DNA of 24,619 nt. Origin: a virus (lineage: Duplodnaviria; Caudoviricetes). Each line of letters starts with the position of its first letter. Position 1 is the stretch's first letter. The notes under the pieces were generated by a model. That model worked only from the letters and a program-made list of their open reading frames with translations. It had not been told where the DNA came from and searched no databases. Below, in pieces: positions 8,901 through 17,470 of the stretch. The DNA lies in IMG/VR virus record IMGVR_UViG_3300022217_000279, positions 1 to 24,619 of that record. The stretch is one strand, 5' to 3'. A program made the position numbers and the translations under genes.

Positions 8901-9149
8901 TTATCCTCTTTTTTCCCATGGCCCTTTTTGAATTGCCGTTTTTTTTGGTGCATTTATCGATTTTACCCCGCCCTGTTTTTTTTTTTCGGTCCTCGCCTTC
9001 TCTTCAATATACCCGAATGCGGATAACCGTCCGTATTCAACCGGCGACAATTCATTAATTATATCTCCTTTTTTATGTCTTTTTCCTGTATCCTGATTAA
9101 CACATTCGTCTATAACCCGCCATGACCCTTTCATCAGCATGTCTCCCAT
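8901..9149 (-). CDS. Small hypothetical phage protein of the head block
   Basis: In operon direction; ...GKRHKKGDIINELSPVEYGRL...GYIEE followed by a Lys-rich tail. The true start may be 9134 (TGATG overlap with the upstream stop). Confidence 0.6.
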   Translation of the reverse strand: MGDMLMKGSWRVIDECVNQDTGKRHKKGDIINELSPVEYGRLSAFGYIEEKARTEKKKQGGVKSINAPKKTAIQKGPWEKRG

Positions 9150-9943
9150 ATCTTCAACATTTCGCTGAGACTTAACTCCCCCCCTATATATTGCTCGACC
9201 TGTCTTGTTAAATGATCGCGCTGCATTGTCGATTGTTGTCTTCGAGCTTGCATTGATGCCAGGGTATGTTTAATCTTTTTCGCAAAGGCATTTTCCTTCT
9301 GCTCCTCAAAAGCATAAAGGTGCCTAGTTTTTAACAAGTCGGCCTCATCGGGTATTACCATCTTAATACCCATGCCGCGTCCCAAACCGATAAAATATTC
9401 ACATGAAGGCCGTTGATGAAAGTATTCCGTTGATACCGCCATGTCAACGCCATAAATATGTACCTCTTTAAATCCCATGTAAAAAGCAAGCGCTATCTGC
9501 CATGATATCGTATTCGTAAAGTATCTTCCGAATATTTCTTCTATTTCCGCCTCCGGATAGATTGTCGAATTTTTTATGGAAGGCCATTTTTTTTGCATGT
9601 AAATCGGGCAGGTCAGCTCATTAATCTTCTCAATATATTTATTGACAGATTGTCCCCTGAAGACTCGTTTTCCTCTCCGGTGAAAATCCATGCCGTCAAA
9701 GGTAATATCGTGAATTTCAAACCACCTCGTCCATTTCACCTCGGGCATGGAGAGGAAAAGATTATTAACTCCCCAGAATTCGAAATAATCGTCTTTTATC
9801 GGCGCAAGCGTTTTACTGTCGCTGCACCCCATGATACATACCTTATCCTTCAGCCTTGTTATTTTTCTCTTTGATGTGTCATTATAAAAATGATTTATTT
9901 TTGAAATAATCGAGTGATTTTCTAATAGTTCTTTTCCAAACAT
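9134..9943 (-). CDS. Putative sialyltransferase-like glycosyltransferase (GT42/Maf-like fold), late-operon copy
   Basis: KVCIMGCSDS, FWGVNN, NTISWQIALAFYMGFKEVHIYGVDM and EYFHQRP resemble the motif order of CstII/Maf (MAF_flag10)-type proteins. Start chosen at ATG 9943 after AAAGGA; the track start at 9976 is TTG. Confidence 0.65.
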   Translation of the reverse strand: MFGKELLENHSIISKINHFYNDTSKRKITRLKDKVCIMGCSDSKTLAPIKDDYFEFWGVNNLFLSMPEVKWTRWFEIHDITFDGMDFHRRGKRVFRGQSVNKYIEKINELTCPIYMQKKWPSIKNSTIYPEAEIEEIFGRYFTNTISWQIALAFYMGFKEVHIYGVDMAVSTEYFHQRPSCEYFIGLGRGMGIKMVIPDEADLLKTRHLYAFEEQKENAFAKKIKHTLASMQARRQQSTMQRDHLTRQVEQYIGGELSLSEMLKIWETC

Positions 9944-10006
9944 ACAAAGAATTCCTTTCGGGTTACAAAGGTTCAAATTTCTTTATAATAAACTGGGGGG
10001 GGGAAT

Positions 10007-10076
10007 GGAGGTATTTTTCCCAAGCATACAAGAAGAAAATACCTCCTTGAAATTTCTCTATTCTCGAGAAATTTCA
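10007..10076. promoter_or_regulatory. Tandem hairpins between the decoration gene and the glycosyltransferase gene
   Basis: Two perfect 11-bp stems: ggaggtatttt (10007-10017) with aaaatacctcc (10036-10046), and tgaaatttctc (10048-10058) with gagaaatttca (10066-10076). Confidence 0.55.
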
Positions 10077-10108
10077 TCCCTTACCTCAGGTTATCAGCTC
10101 CAAAATTA

Positions 10109-10891
10109 TTATACAATAGTATGTCCGACACCGATAAAATGTTCTTGCGGCGCGACCGAGGGTTTTCTAAAAACCGTCACATTGACCGGTATAGTCGATG
10201 CTCCGGTAGTATTCACACGAATAGCGAAGTTTGTAAAAGAGGATGCAGTAGCAACAAGCTTCGCCGGGCTCATTGAAACAATGCCGATAGATTTCAGCGC
10301 TTGGACCCCAAGTCCTCCGGCAGTCGCCTGAGCTGTTGATGCGATGCGAAGCGCCGAGGTATCTTGCGTCATATTTGCCAACTCCACCGTGACGGCGCAC
10401 GCTGTCGAGCCGGTGCCGCTATAAGTTGTGTTGTATGCGCTATAATACGTTTGTATCATCGTCGTCAGTGATTTCGCCACCGCCGATGCTGCGCCGGAGA
10501 TGAATGCCTTTCCCGTGCTCGATGCGGTTGAATCGGTGATAAATGTCGATGTCCCGACGACTAGGCTTAACGCGGATGCGATTGCCGAGCCCAACACGTT
10601 TATCTGTACTTTTTGTGCGCCGTATACCGTTCCCTTTGTAGACGAAGTCCCGATCGATATCTCCGCGCCGGCTATGCTCGACATAGACGATGGCACGGTT
10701 GTCGAATCACCGCCCAAAATCGCCATTGTAACCTTGTCGCCCGTGGCGGAAATCGTGCCGACCGTGATAGCTGCCGCCGCACCATGATATCCCGCCATGG
10801 AAAAACTTTGACTGTAAATAGAGGACGAGGTCGAATTCGACGGTATCCCCACGTCAACCTGTACATCTTCCAGTAGACCGTTCCCAATCAT
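10109..10891 (-). CDS. Ser/Thr-rich putative capsid decoration/cement protein
   Basis: Directly downstream of the capsid gene with RBS AGGAGG. Beta-rich, few charged residues, about 28% Ser+Thr by hand count (73/260). Confidence 0.65.
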   Translation of the reverse strand: MIGNGLLEDVQVDVGIPSNSTSSSIYSQSFSMAGYHGAAAAITVGTISATGDKVTMAILGGDSTTVPSSMSSIAGAEISIGTSSTKGTVYGAQKVQINVLGSAIASALSLVVGTSTFITDSTASSTGKAFISGAASAVAKSLTTMIQTYYSAYNTTYSGTGSTACAVTVELANMTQDTSALRIASTAQATAGGLGVQALKSIGIVSMSPAKLVATASSFTNFAIRVNTTGASTIPVNVTVFRKPSVAPQEHFIGVGHTIV

Positions 10892-10948
10892 TTAATTTTC
10901 CTCCTATATTCTTTATAGTAATAATTTTAAATATTTTATTTAATTATA

Positions 10949-12259
10949 TTAATTAAGTACGACAAACGGTGATACGGTATTGCTCGTAGATCCTTCAAGC
11001 GGAATCGGCTCGGTAAGCCATGGCTGTCCGTCAACCATCCAGACGATTCTAAAACATACCTCATCGGAGTCAAAGAGAAAATCAGTCGATACATCAACAC
11101 GAGGCCCGCTCCCTTCCTTAATCAAATAGTAACTGCGATCTACCAGTGTTAAATCGCCCGCCGTGCCGAGCGCTGGGTTTCGGTCGCTAAACTTCACATC
11201 GAATCCGAGCATTTTAGAGGGGATGCCTTCGGCGCTGTTCTGTATCCAGAGATTATTACTGCCCGCATCTCGTATAGTCGCCAGCTGTGGTATTGTTGTT
11301 TGAGACGCAATCCATACAAGCTTTCCGCCTAGTTTCGCGCGGGCGAACATCCCTACGACATCGGCATATGCAATCAGATTCGCCGTGGCGCGGGAATAAT
11401 TTATGCGGCCCGTTGAATTGATAATCCCGAGGGAACGATTCACGCCGGAGCCCCGGTAAAAATCATAATCTTCCGCACCAATACCTGCAAGCTTCAATTG
11501 TTTCTGAATAAAAATACTGGCCGACTCCCAGTTATTCATCAATTTATTCGACACACGAATATAGGCTTTTATTGCCTTGGGAAGGAGTGTCACCTTTTTA
11601 AATTTTGTATTTGTCTCGGTTATGCTGACAGCTTCACCCTGTCGATAGACAAGAACGCCGCCATACATATTTTGCGATGCACCCTGGTCAAGGGCGGGCA
11701 TTTCATACTCCGCATCGGGCGGGTAACCCGCCGGGAGGACAGTTGCGCCGGGCCGGATAACACCCTCCTGGGGTGCGACGGCCAAAACTTCCTGAGAAAA
11801 CTGCGTCGGTATATTAAATCCGCCGAGGCTTCCGGTGCCGGCGATTTGAGTAGTACGAGCCTCGGCCCGCATGGGAGGAGCACTATGGTATTGAAAGTTC
11901 CGCAAGCGCTCGTCATTTCGATTTGTAGCAATGGTGGCGAAAAACTCTCCTATATTCGAGAATACAGGTTGTGTTCTCTGCTCTCCCGGCGCGCCGGTCT
12001 GGTCGCCTGTCCGGTTTGATCCGTCATTGTTCTCCATGGGAATTTTCGGAATAGTTCTGGTCTCGCCTGTATGTTGTAAAAGCCGCAATTCCCTATCAAT
12101 ATCGTCGTTAAGGCGTTTGGCTTCCTCGTCAAGCCCGTTGAATTCGTTTATTTCACTCTCTGTAAGTTGCCTCTTTTCCTCATCCGCTTTTTTGATAATC
12201 GATCGCATAGTATCTAATTTCTTCGATCGTTCTCTTTGTGTTTTTGTAAGATCAGGCAT
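10949..12259 (-). CDS. Major capsid protein, HK97 fold with an N-terminal coiled-coil delta domain
   Basis: Coiled-coil N-terminus, then GGFNIPTQFSQEV, GEAVSITETNTKFKKVTLLPK, VSNKLM and GDLTLVDRSYYLI. RBS AGGAGGAG. Confidence 0.95.
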   Translation of the reverse strand: MPDLTKTQRERSKKLDTMRSIIKKADEEKRQLTESEINEFNGLDEEAKRLNDDIDRELRLLQHTGETRTIPKIPMENNDGSNRTGDQTGAPGEQRTQPVFSNIGEFFATIATNRNDERLRNFQYHSAPPMRAEARTTQIAGTGSLGGFNIPTQFSQEVLAVAPQEGVIRPGATVLPAGYPPDAEYEMPALDQGASQNMYGGVLVYRQGEAVSITETNTKFKKVTLLPKAIKAYIRVSNKLMNNWESASIFIQKQLKLAGIGAEDYDFYRGSGVNRSLGIINSTGRINYSRATANLIAYADVVGMFARAKLGGKLVWIASQTTIPQLATIRDAGSNNLWIQNSAEGIPSKMLGFDVKFSDRNPALGTAGDLTLVDRSYYLIKEGSGPRVDVSTDFLFDSDEVCFRIVWMVDGQPWLTEPIPLEGSTSNTVSPFVVLN

Positions 12260-12337
12260 TTTTATTTTCTCCTCCTATTTCTATTTATGATTACGGTTCG
12301 GGGTTTAACGATGAACCCTGAACGCCGGCCCCTGAAC

Positions 12338-13012
12338 CTAATTATTGCCTATAAGACACTGGAGATACCGTTTGTAATAATCTTTGTGTCCTCCTTTTTG
12401 TTCAATAAGGTGTTTTCTATATCGCTGATCACACTGATTTTTATAGATCAATTCGGCGGATCGCGCCTCCGCCATTCTGTACGAGACATCCGTTTCCTCG
12501 TAAGCGGGATAAGTCACGATCGAAACATCCCGCATTTTTGCCTTTTTGATTTGTCGTAAGTCTTTTTTTGATGTATCTTTATCAGCCCATATCCAGTTTT
12601 CCTCTTCAACGAAAAACTCAAAGCTCATTCCCGATACATCCTGCCGCTCGACGCTAATGATCGTATCCTTCCCAATTCGTGTGTCGGGCGGATCTATAAC
12701 GGAATAGACGCCCTCGGCATCTTCGCTCAATTGTAATGTCTTTGCTCTATTCCTCCCTAATATATAGGATGGATTATGATCCACGAGAGCGCGGATATCA
12801 TCCTTTTCAATCGTGTCGGTAAAAGCGCCCGGTAAAATCTCCTCGTCGAACCAGTAAAGATCTGCGATAACATTAAATCGAACGGCATAGCCTTGTAAAA
12901 AATTTTTTTCAGGTTCTTTTCCCGGCAGTGCCCGATAATGGATAGGCTCTACTATTGTCCTGCATTCAATAGCCGGCATCGTATTTCTTTTTATGTTTTC
13001 ATCTTTCGGCAT
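12338..13012 (-). CDS. HK97-family prohead protease
   Basis: LQGYAVRFN, EEILPGAF, ALVDHN...LGR, GMSFEF and DVSIVTYPAYEET motifs. Likely start MPKDE at 13012 (track start 13051). Confidence 0.95.
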   Translation of the reverse strand: MPKDENIKRNTMPAIECRTIVEPIHYRALPGKEPEKNFLQGYAVRFNVIADLYWFDEEILPGAFTDTIEKDDIRALVDHNPSYILGRNRAKTLQLSEDAEGVYSVIDPPDTRIGKDTIISVERQDVSGMSFEFFVEEENWIWADKDTSKKDLRQIKKAKMRDVSIVTYPAYEETDVSYRMAEARSAELIYKNQCDQRYRKHLIEQKGGHKDYYKRYLQCLIGNN

Positions 13013-13013
13013 A

Positions 13014-14222
13014 CTATTTTTCCCCCTTTCTCTTTCGGGGATTGTTAACATCCTCCATATTCAATGGCATTAAATATATTTTTCCCTTCCCATTCGGAAG
13101 AGGCTTTTGATTTTCTTTGGCCCTGATATCGTCAGGACTGAGCCATCCCCCGGCACGACCGAGCTGGTAAGCTCTATACCGTGTCATGACATCTCCTCTC
13201 AGTAATCCGTCTACTGTAAACTCGCAAAAAATATGGTCTTGATCCTCCTCCGGTACAAGCTTGCTATTATAATTCGTCTCTGTCTTTACCAACCATGGCC
13301 GGATTGAATGGATGACAAATGACAGCATAAACTGTTCAACGCTGTTATAAGATGCTGTTTTGGCAGGATGGCCTATAAGCTCAAGCGGCACTCGGAGAAA
13401 TCGCGCAACATCTTCAACTTCGAATTGTCGTGTTTGAAGATACTGTGAATCCTCGTTTGACAGGCTCGACGCTTTGAATTCCATATTCTCCTCAAGTATT
13501 TGGACCTTAAACTTCTCTTCATCCGTTGTTTTATTTACCCACGATTTTTTTAACCGGTCTTGAGCATCTTTACTGAGTATTCCCGGATGTTTGAGAAAAC
13601 CGCTCGTTCGTGACCCGTTCTTAAAATAGCTATAGCCGTGCTTCTCGCTCTCAAGAGCAAGATCTATTGCGGATCTCGCCATTTTTATCGGAGAGATACC
13701 CGTGAAGCCGTCAATGGTAAAATTTTTGTTATGAAGGATTTGCCACGGTTGATAATCCCGCGGTGTGCCCTCAGAAGGATAATAACGATAGAGAAATTTT
13801 CCATTTTCAACAAGAGGTTTCATCGAAAGCGGATTCATAAGGACAAGCTCCGACGGATACCCGCTGGCAAAATTTATCCCGGCATAGTGATTTCCCCGCA
13901 TATTAATGTGTGTTACCATGGTCTCTAAAAATTCAACATTATTTTGCAACACATTCGGTTTTTTTAAGGTCTTTGCCAAGAAATATGAGGAATATTCTTC
14001 CCGACCACCATCGGGCGTGCGTTCATAAAATTTAAGAGGGAGTGTTGATATTGTCTCTGCAAGAACCTTATTACACGCATAATACGTCGATACCATAAGG
14101 GCTTTATGATTTGTTATCTCATTTCGTTCAAGATATTTTTGAAACCATTCGTCGGGGTTGCGAAGAGTGGAGCGTGAAAGGAATTTTTTTATAGAATTTA
14201 GTGCTCGTCGAAATATAATCAT
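13014..14222 (-). CDS. HK97-family portal protein
   Basis: YACNKVLAETISTLPL, RGNHY, DGFTGISPI, VARFLRVP..IG, SIRPWL and GLLRGD...GWLSPDDIRAKEN motifs. Confidence 0.96.
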   Translation of the reverse strand: MIIFRRALNSIKKFLSRSTLRNPDEWFQKYLERNEITNHKALMVSTYYACNKVLAETISTLPLKFYERTPDGGREEYSSYFLAKTLKKPNVLQNNVEFLETMVTHINMRGNHYAGINFASGYPSELVLMNPLSMKPLVENGKFLYRYYPSEGTPRDYQPWQILHNKNFTIDGFTGISPIKMARSAIDLALESEKHGYSYFKNGSRTSGFLKHPGILSKDAQDRLKKSWVNKTTDEEKFKVQILEENMEFKASSLSNEDSQYLQTRQFEVEDVARFLRVPLELIGHPAKTASYNSVEQFMLSFVIHSIRPWLVKTETNYNSKLVPEEDQDHIFCEFTVDGLLRGDVMTRYRAYQLGRAGGWLSPDDIRAKENQKPLPNGKGKIYLMPLNMEDVNNPRKRKGEK

Positions 14223-14301
14223 AAAAGTTCCCTCTTCTATATGTATAGAAAATGATACACTGTATATATTTATTTACATATTGTGCGGGAAAACTTACAC
14301 T

Positions 14302-14330
14302 AATATAGTAGTATTTTAGGGATTAGTCAA
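14302..14330 (-). promoter_or_regulatory. Sigma70-type promoter for the portal-head-tail operon
   Basis: Minus strand TTGACT-17 bp-TATATT, about 80 bp upstream of the portal start. Confidence 0.65.
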
Positions 14331-14359
14331 TTTTTCGATGTATACCCGGTTTTTTTTTT

Positions 14360-14427
14360 ACCACGGAGACACGGAGACACGGAGTTTTTTTAATTTTTTT
14401 TCTCTGTGCACTCCGTGCCTCCGTGGT
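14360..14427. repeat. REP-like palindromic element, copy 3 (full hairpin)
   Basis: accacggagacacggagacacggag-(T-rich loop)-ctctgtgcactccgtgcctccgtggt, nearly identical to copy 1 including the loop. Confidence 0.9.
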
Positions 14428-14493
14428 TTATTAAAAATAAATAATTTTAAATGATAATTTAATTGGAAGGATATTTTAAAGTGGCGGGATTGT

Positions 14494-14527
14494 TAAAAAT
14501 TTGAGGGCGGGTGCTAAAACCGCCCTC
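14494..14527 (-). terminator. Probable intrinsic terminator after the sugar cassette
   Basis: Minus strand GAGGGCGG-loop-CCGCCCTC followed by AAATTTTT, about 50 bp past the methyltransferase stop. Confidence 0.55.
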
Positions 14528-14577
14528 GCGCGATAGGTACTGAGTCAATTAACAATTAACAGAATAATAGATATATT

Positions 14578-15390
14578 TTACTTCATTTTATCATAAACCA
14601 CCTCCTCCTTTTTTTTCTTCCTTATCGCATGGGAAAAGGATTCACGTAAAAACACTAAATTCTCAATATTACTAAAGCCATTTTGCATTCTTCTTAATCG
14701 GGAATGATTCGGCAATTCATTAATTATATTCTCAAGGGTATACCGTTGTTTTTCGAAAAGATTTAAGATGTATTTTAATTTTTTTTTCTTATCCGTATTA
14801 AATTCGATAAGTATCCCCTGCAGAGAAGAAAATATAGAATAATAGTTACTATATAATCCCTCGCAAATGTCATACTCATTGCCGTCAACGTCGATTTTAA
14901 TGAAATCTATAGGAATATTGCGAAAGAGATAATCCATGCTCATGGACATACTTTTTGTGTACAGATTTTTACGATCAGTATCCATTACAAATTGTTCGTG
15001 CCGAATTTGACCTCCGCTCATGCCCGCCTCTATTTTGTCCGGAGTGGCAGGTGGGGCAAAATGAAAAAGCCCATTAAAGCAATCTACTGCAATATAGAGG
15101 GGAATAATGTTTTTAAAGTTATTGATAATTATATTGGTAACCAATTCATAAAAATTCAATATATCCGGCTCAAAAGCAATGACAGTCATATCAGGATATA
15201 AGCGGGCTGCATAAAGGCTATATAATCCGATATTTGCGCCAATATCGAGAAAGGTTCCCGATCCCTGCGCAAAAGATGCATGAACAAAGCTATTAATAAA
15301 TTCTATGGTCTCCGGCTCCTTTTCCCAGAATGTTTCTACTCTCCACTCTATGGTTTTATTGCTAATTTTTACGTTAAATGGCAAGCTCAT
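14578..15390 (-). CDS. FkbM-family SAM-dependent methyltransferase
   Basis: FLDIGANIGLYSLYAA, VIAFEP and IDFIKIDVDGNE motifs. Confidence 0.93.
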   Translation of the reverse strand: MSLPFNVKISNKTIEWRVETFWEKEPETIEFINSFVHASFAQGSGTFLDIGANIGLYSLYAARLYPDMTVIAFEPDILNFYELVTNIIINNFKNIIPLYIAVDCFNGLFHFAPPATPDKIEAGMSGGQIRHEQFVMDTDRKNLYTKSMSMSMDYLFRNIPIDFIKIDVDGNEYDICEGLYSNYYSIFSSLQGILIEFNTDKKKKLKYILNLFEKQRYTLENIINELPNHSRLRRMQNGFSNIENLVFLRESFSHAIRKKKKEEVVYDKMK

Positions 15391-15404
15391 AGAATAACTC
15401 CCTA

Positions 15405-16232
15405 TTAATTTTTTAATATTTTGTTTATTTCTTGAACATGAAAAAAAGTATTCTCAGCAATAACGGTGCTATAACTATTTTTCTGTCTACATATTTTCGC
15501 ATAGAGCAATTCGGCAATTTCCCAGTCGAGGGGTTCATTCAGGTCCAGCGATTCTAAAGGTGTAGTAAAAAAAGGAATAATTTTTTGACCGATATAGGTG
15601 TTCGGCTTATTTTTTATGATTGACACGGGACATATATCAATGCATCCGTTTTGTGCATACGTAGTCGGAAGTAGTGTATGAGGAAGCTCCCATCCGGGCT
15701 TGCCGGAATTATGATAGGTAAAATGGAGAGGGCGCATATGAGTATTGTTTAGATATGTCCACATCTTTTCATATCTGTTTTTTGCCACCGACACGGATTT
15801 AAGCGAGACCTGCTCGTCGGATTCTTCATTTACTTTTTTATATACATCCCAGCTCCGAGTTATAGTCCCGAATGTTCTAAAGGGATTTGTCGGGCGCAAT
15901 ATCATAAAATGGTCGTATGAGTCAATACCGGTAGCGCATAATGCATCATAAATCCATTCGCAATCCGTACTTCTGTTATGTGAAAATTCATCCCGCCGAT
16001 CATGTATCTTACAATTTATCCCCATGGCATGTTTAATTGAGTTTAATCTTTCTTTTATGAGCGACGGATTATCAGTGCTGATTATGACTTTACCGAAAAT
16101 ATTAGCTTGTGCCGAGTGTAATACGGTGTGGAGTAAGAGAGGTAGTCCGCAAAATTCTCTAAAATTTTTATTTTTTATTCGGATGGAGTTGTATCGTGCA
16201 GGAATAAGACCAATCAAATTATTAATCACCAT
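15405..16232 (-). CDS. neuA: Acylneuraminate (CMP-nonulosonate) cytidylyltransferase
   Basis: LIPARYNSIRIKNKN...G.PL, VIISTD, ILRPTNPFR, YAQNGCI and SLDLNEPLDWEIAE motifs. Confidence 0.9.
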   Translation of the reverse strand: MVINNLIGLIPARYNSIRIKNKNFREFCGLPLLLHTVLHSAQANIFGKVIISTDNPSLIKERLNSIKHAMGINCKIHDRRDEFSHNRSTDCEWIYDALCATGIDSYDHFMILRPTNPFRTFGTITRSWDVYKKVNEESDEQVSLKSVSVAKNRYEKMWTYLNNTHMRPLHFTYHNSGKPGWELPHTLLPTTYAQNGCIDICPVSIIKNKPNTYIGQKIIPFFTTPLESLDLNEPLDWEIAELLYAKICRQKNSYSTVIAENTFFHVQEINKILKN

Positions 16233-17002
16233 GCGGTGTACCCCGCATCGACAAGGACTTGACTCCCCGACGCTTCAGGTGTCTCTATAGCGAATTGTAA
16301 TGTCGAGCATAGTGATTTTTTCGAGATAAACCTCCGGAGAGGAAGACATTTTAAAAATTTTGATTTGAAAGGTTCATCGAACTTACCCGTATCAACCGCT
16401 GCAAAAGAAATGCATATAGATCTGATGTTTTTTGGTCCGAACTGGACGGCGAGTGATCGCGTGTACTGTACCAGACCTGATTTTGAAACATTATATCCTA
16501 CCGGTTTTTCAAATTCCGGAGGATAGTTTCTCGTGTCCGCCGCGACATTTCCCAGGATTGAGCCGATATTAACAATAAGTCCTTTTTCTCTCGTTGCCAT
16601 GGCGTCAATAAATAATGATGTCAAATTTATCGCACCGATTAAATTGGTATCGATAATGCCTTCGTAATCGGTAAAGAACCCGACATTTTCTTTCATATCC
16701 CCTCCGTTATTTTTACCCGGTGGCGTATCGATAGCAGCGTTATTGATTATAATGTCCGGCACGCAATCCGACGATCGATGTTTTCCGGGAGATTTTTCAA
16801 AGTTATCTCGTAGATGATCATAATAGATCATTCGAAAATCATAGAGTGAATTCATATCCCGCACATTCGCATTAGTCAGCCCCGTCGGTTTCGACTTATC
16901 CCAATCAAATCCGTATACCATAGCACCGTTACGCGTTAAAAAATCTTCCCATATCGGGCCGAGATTTCCTTTATTTCCCGAGAGAATTACTAATTTATCC
17001 AT
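16226..17002 (-). CDS. SDR-family NAD(P)-dependent oxidoreductase (PtmA-like)
   Basis: SGNKGNLG nucleotide-binding motif, INNAA, NIGS and catalytic YNVSK. The start is either 17017 or 17002. Confidence 0.9.
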   Translation of the reverse strand: MDKLVILSGNKGNLGPIWEDFLTRNGAMVYGFDWDKSKPTGLTNANVRDMNSLYDFRMIYYDHLRDNFEKSPGKHRSSDCVPDIIINNAAIDTPPGKNNGGDMKENVGFFTDYEGIIDTNLIGAINLTSLFIDAMATREKGLIVNIGSILGNVAADTRNYPPEFEKPVGYNVSKSGLVQYTRSLAVQFGPKNIRSICISFAAVDTGKFDEPFKSKFLKCLPLRRFISKKSLCSTLQFAIETPEASGSQVLVDAGYTAW

Positions 17003-17042
17003 GAATAGACCGCTCATATAGTCTCCTTTAAAAATGAGATAG

Positions 17043-17426
17043 TTAAATATTTCTTGCCAATTTTTTTAAGAATAAATACAAAAGGCCTAAACTATTAGGC
17101 CCTGTTAATTTATTTGTCAAAAGGATTGGAATATCGTTATTCTCGCTAATAAGTAAAAAGGGCATATCATTCTGTATCTTTTTTATAGCCTCGTTTTTAG
17201 CCAGAGTATTATCGATCTTTTCTATGGAGGAATTAGGTTTATGACCTTGCGGCTGACACATCCCTTCACGATGCTGTTTTTGTTCTTCAAACCGGCGTTG
17301 AATCTCGTGAGGTGAAAAACCAAGCCCTGGATTCATTGCTGTTGAATTCTCACGGGTTGCTTCTATATTTGATTCCGTTGACATTCCAAGAGATGTTTCT
17401 CTGTGCTTTTTTGTAAAATCATTCAT
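17043..17426 (-). CDS. Hypothetical protein inside the sugar cassette
   Basis: 127-aa ORF with RBS GAGGA, co-oriented with neighbours. No family recognised. Confidence 0.6.
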   Translation of the reverse strand: MNDFTKKHRETSLGMSTESNIEATRENSTAMNPGLGFSPHEIQRRFEEQKQHREGMCQPQGHKPNSSIEKIDNTLAKNEAIKKIQNDMPFLLISENNDIPILLTNKLTGPNSLGLLYLFLKKLARNI

Positions 17427-17470
17427 TTTATTTTATTCCTCTCAAAAAAAAATTAAACACTTCAAAAAAA

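Noticed and set aside
14578-15390. Methyltransferase considered as a DNA methyltransferase
   Set aside because: It has FkbM motifs (DIGANIG, FEP, KIDVDG.E) and lacks DPPY/NPPY or PC catalytic motifs.
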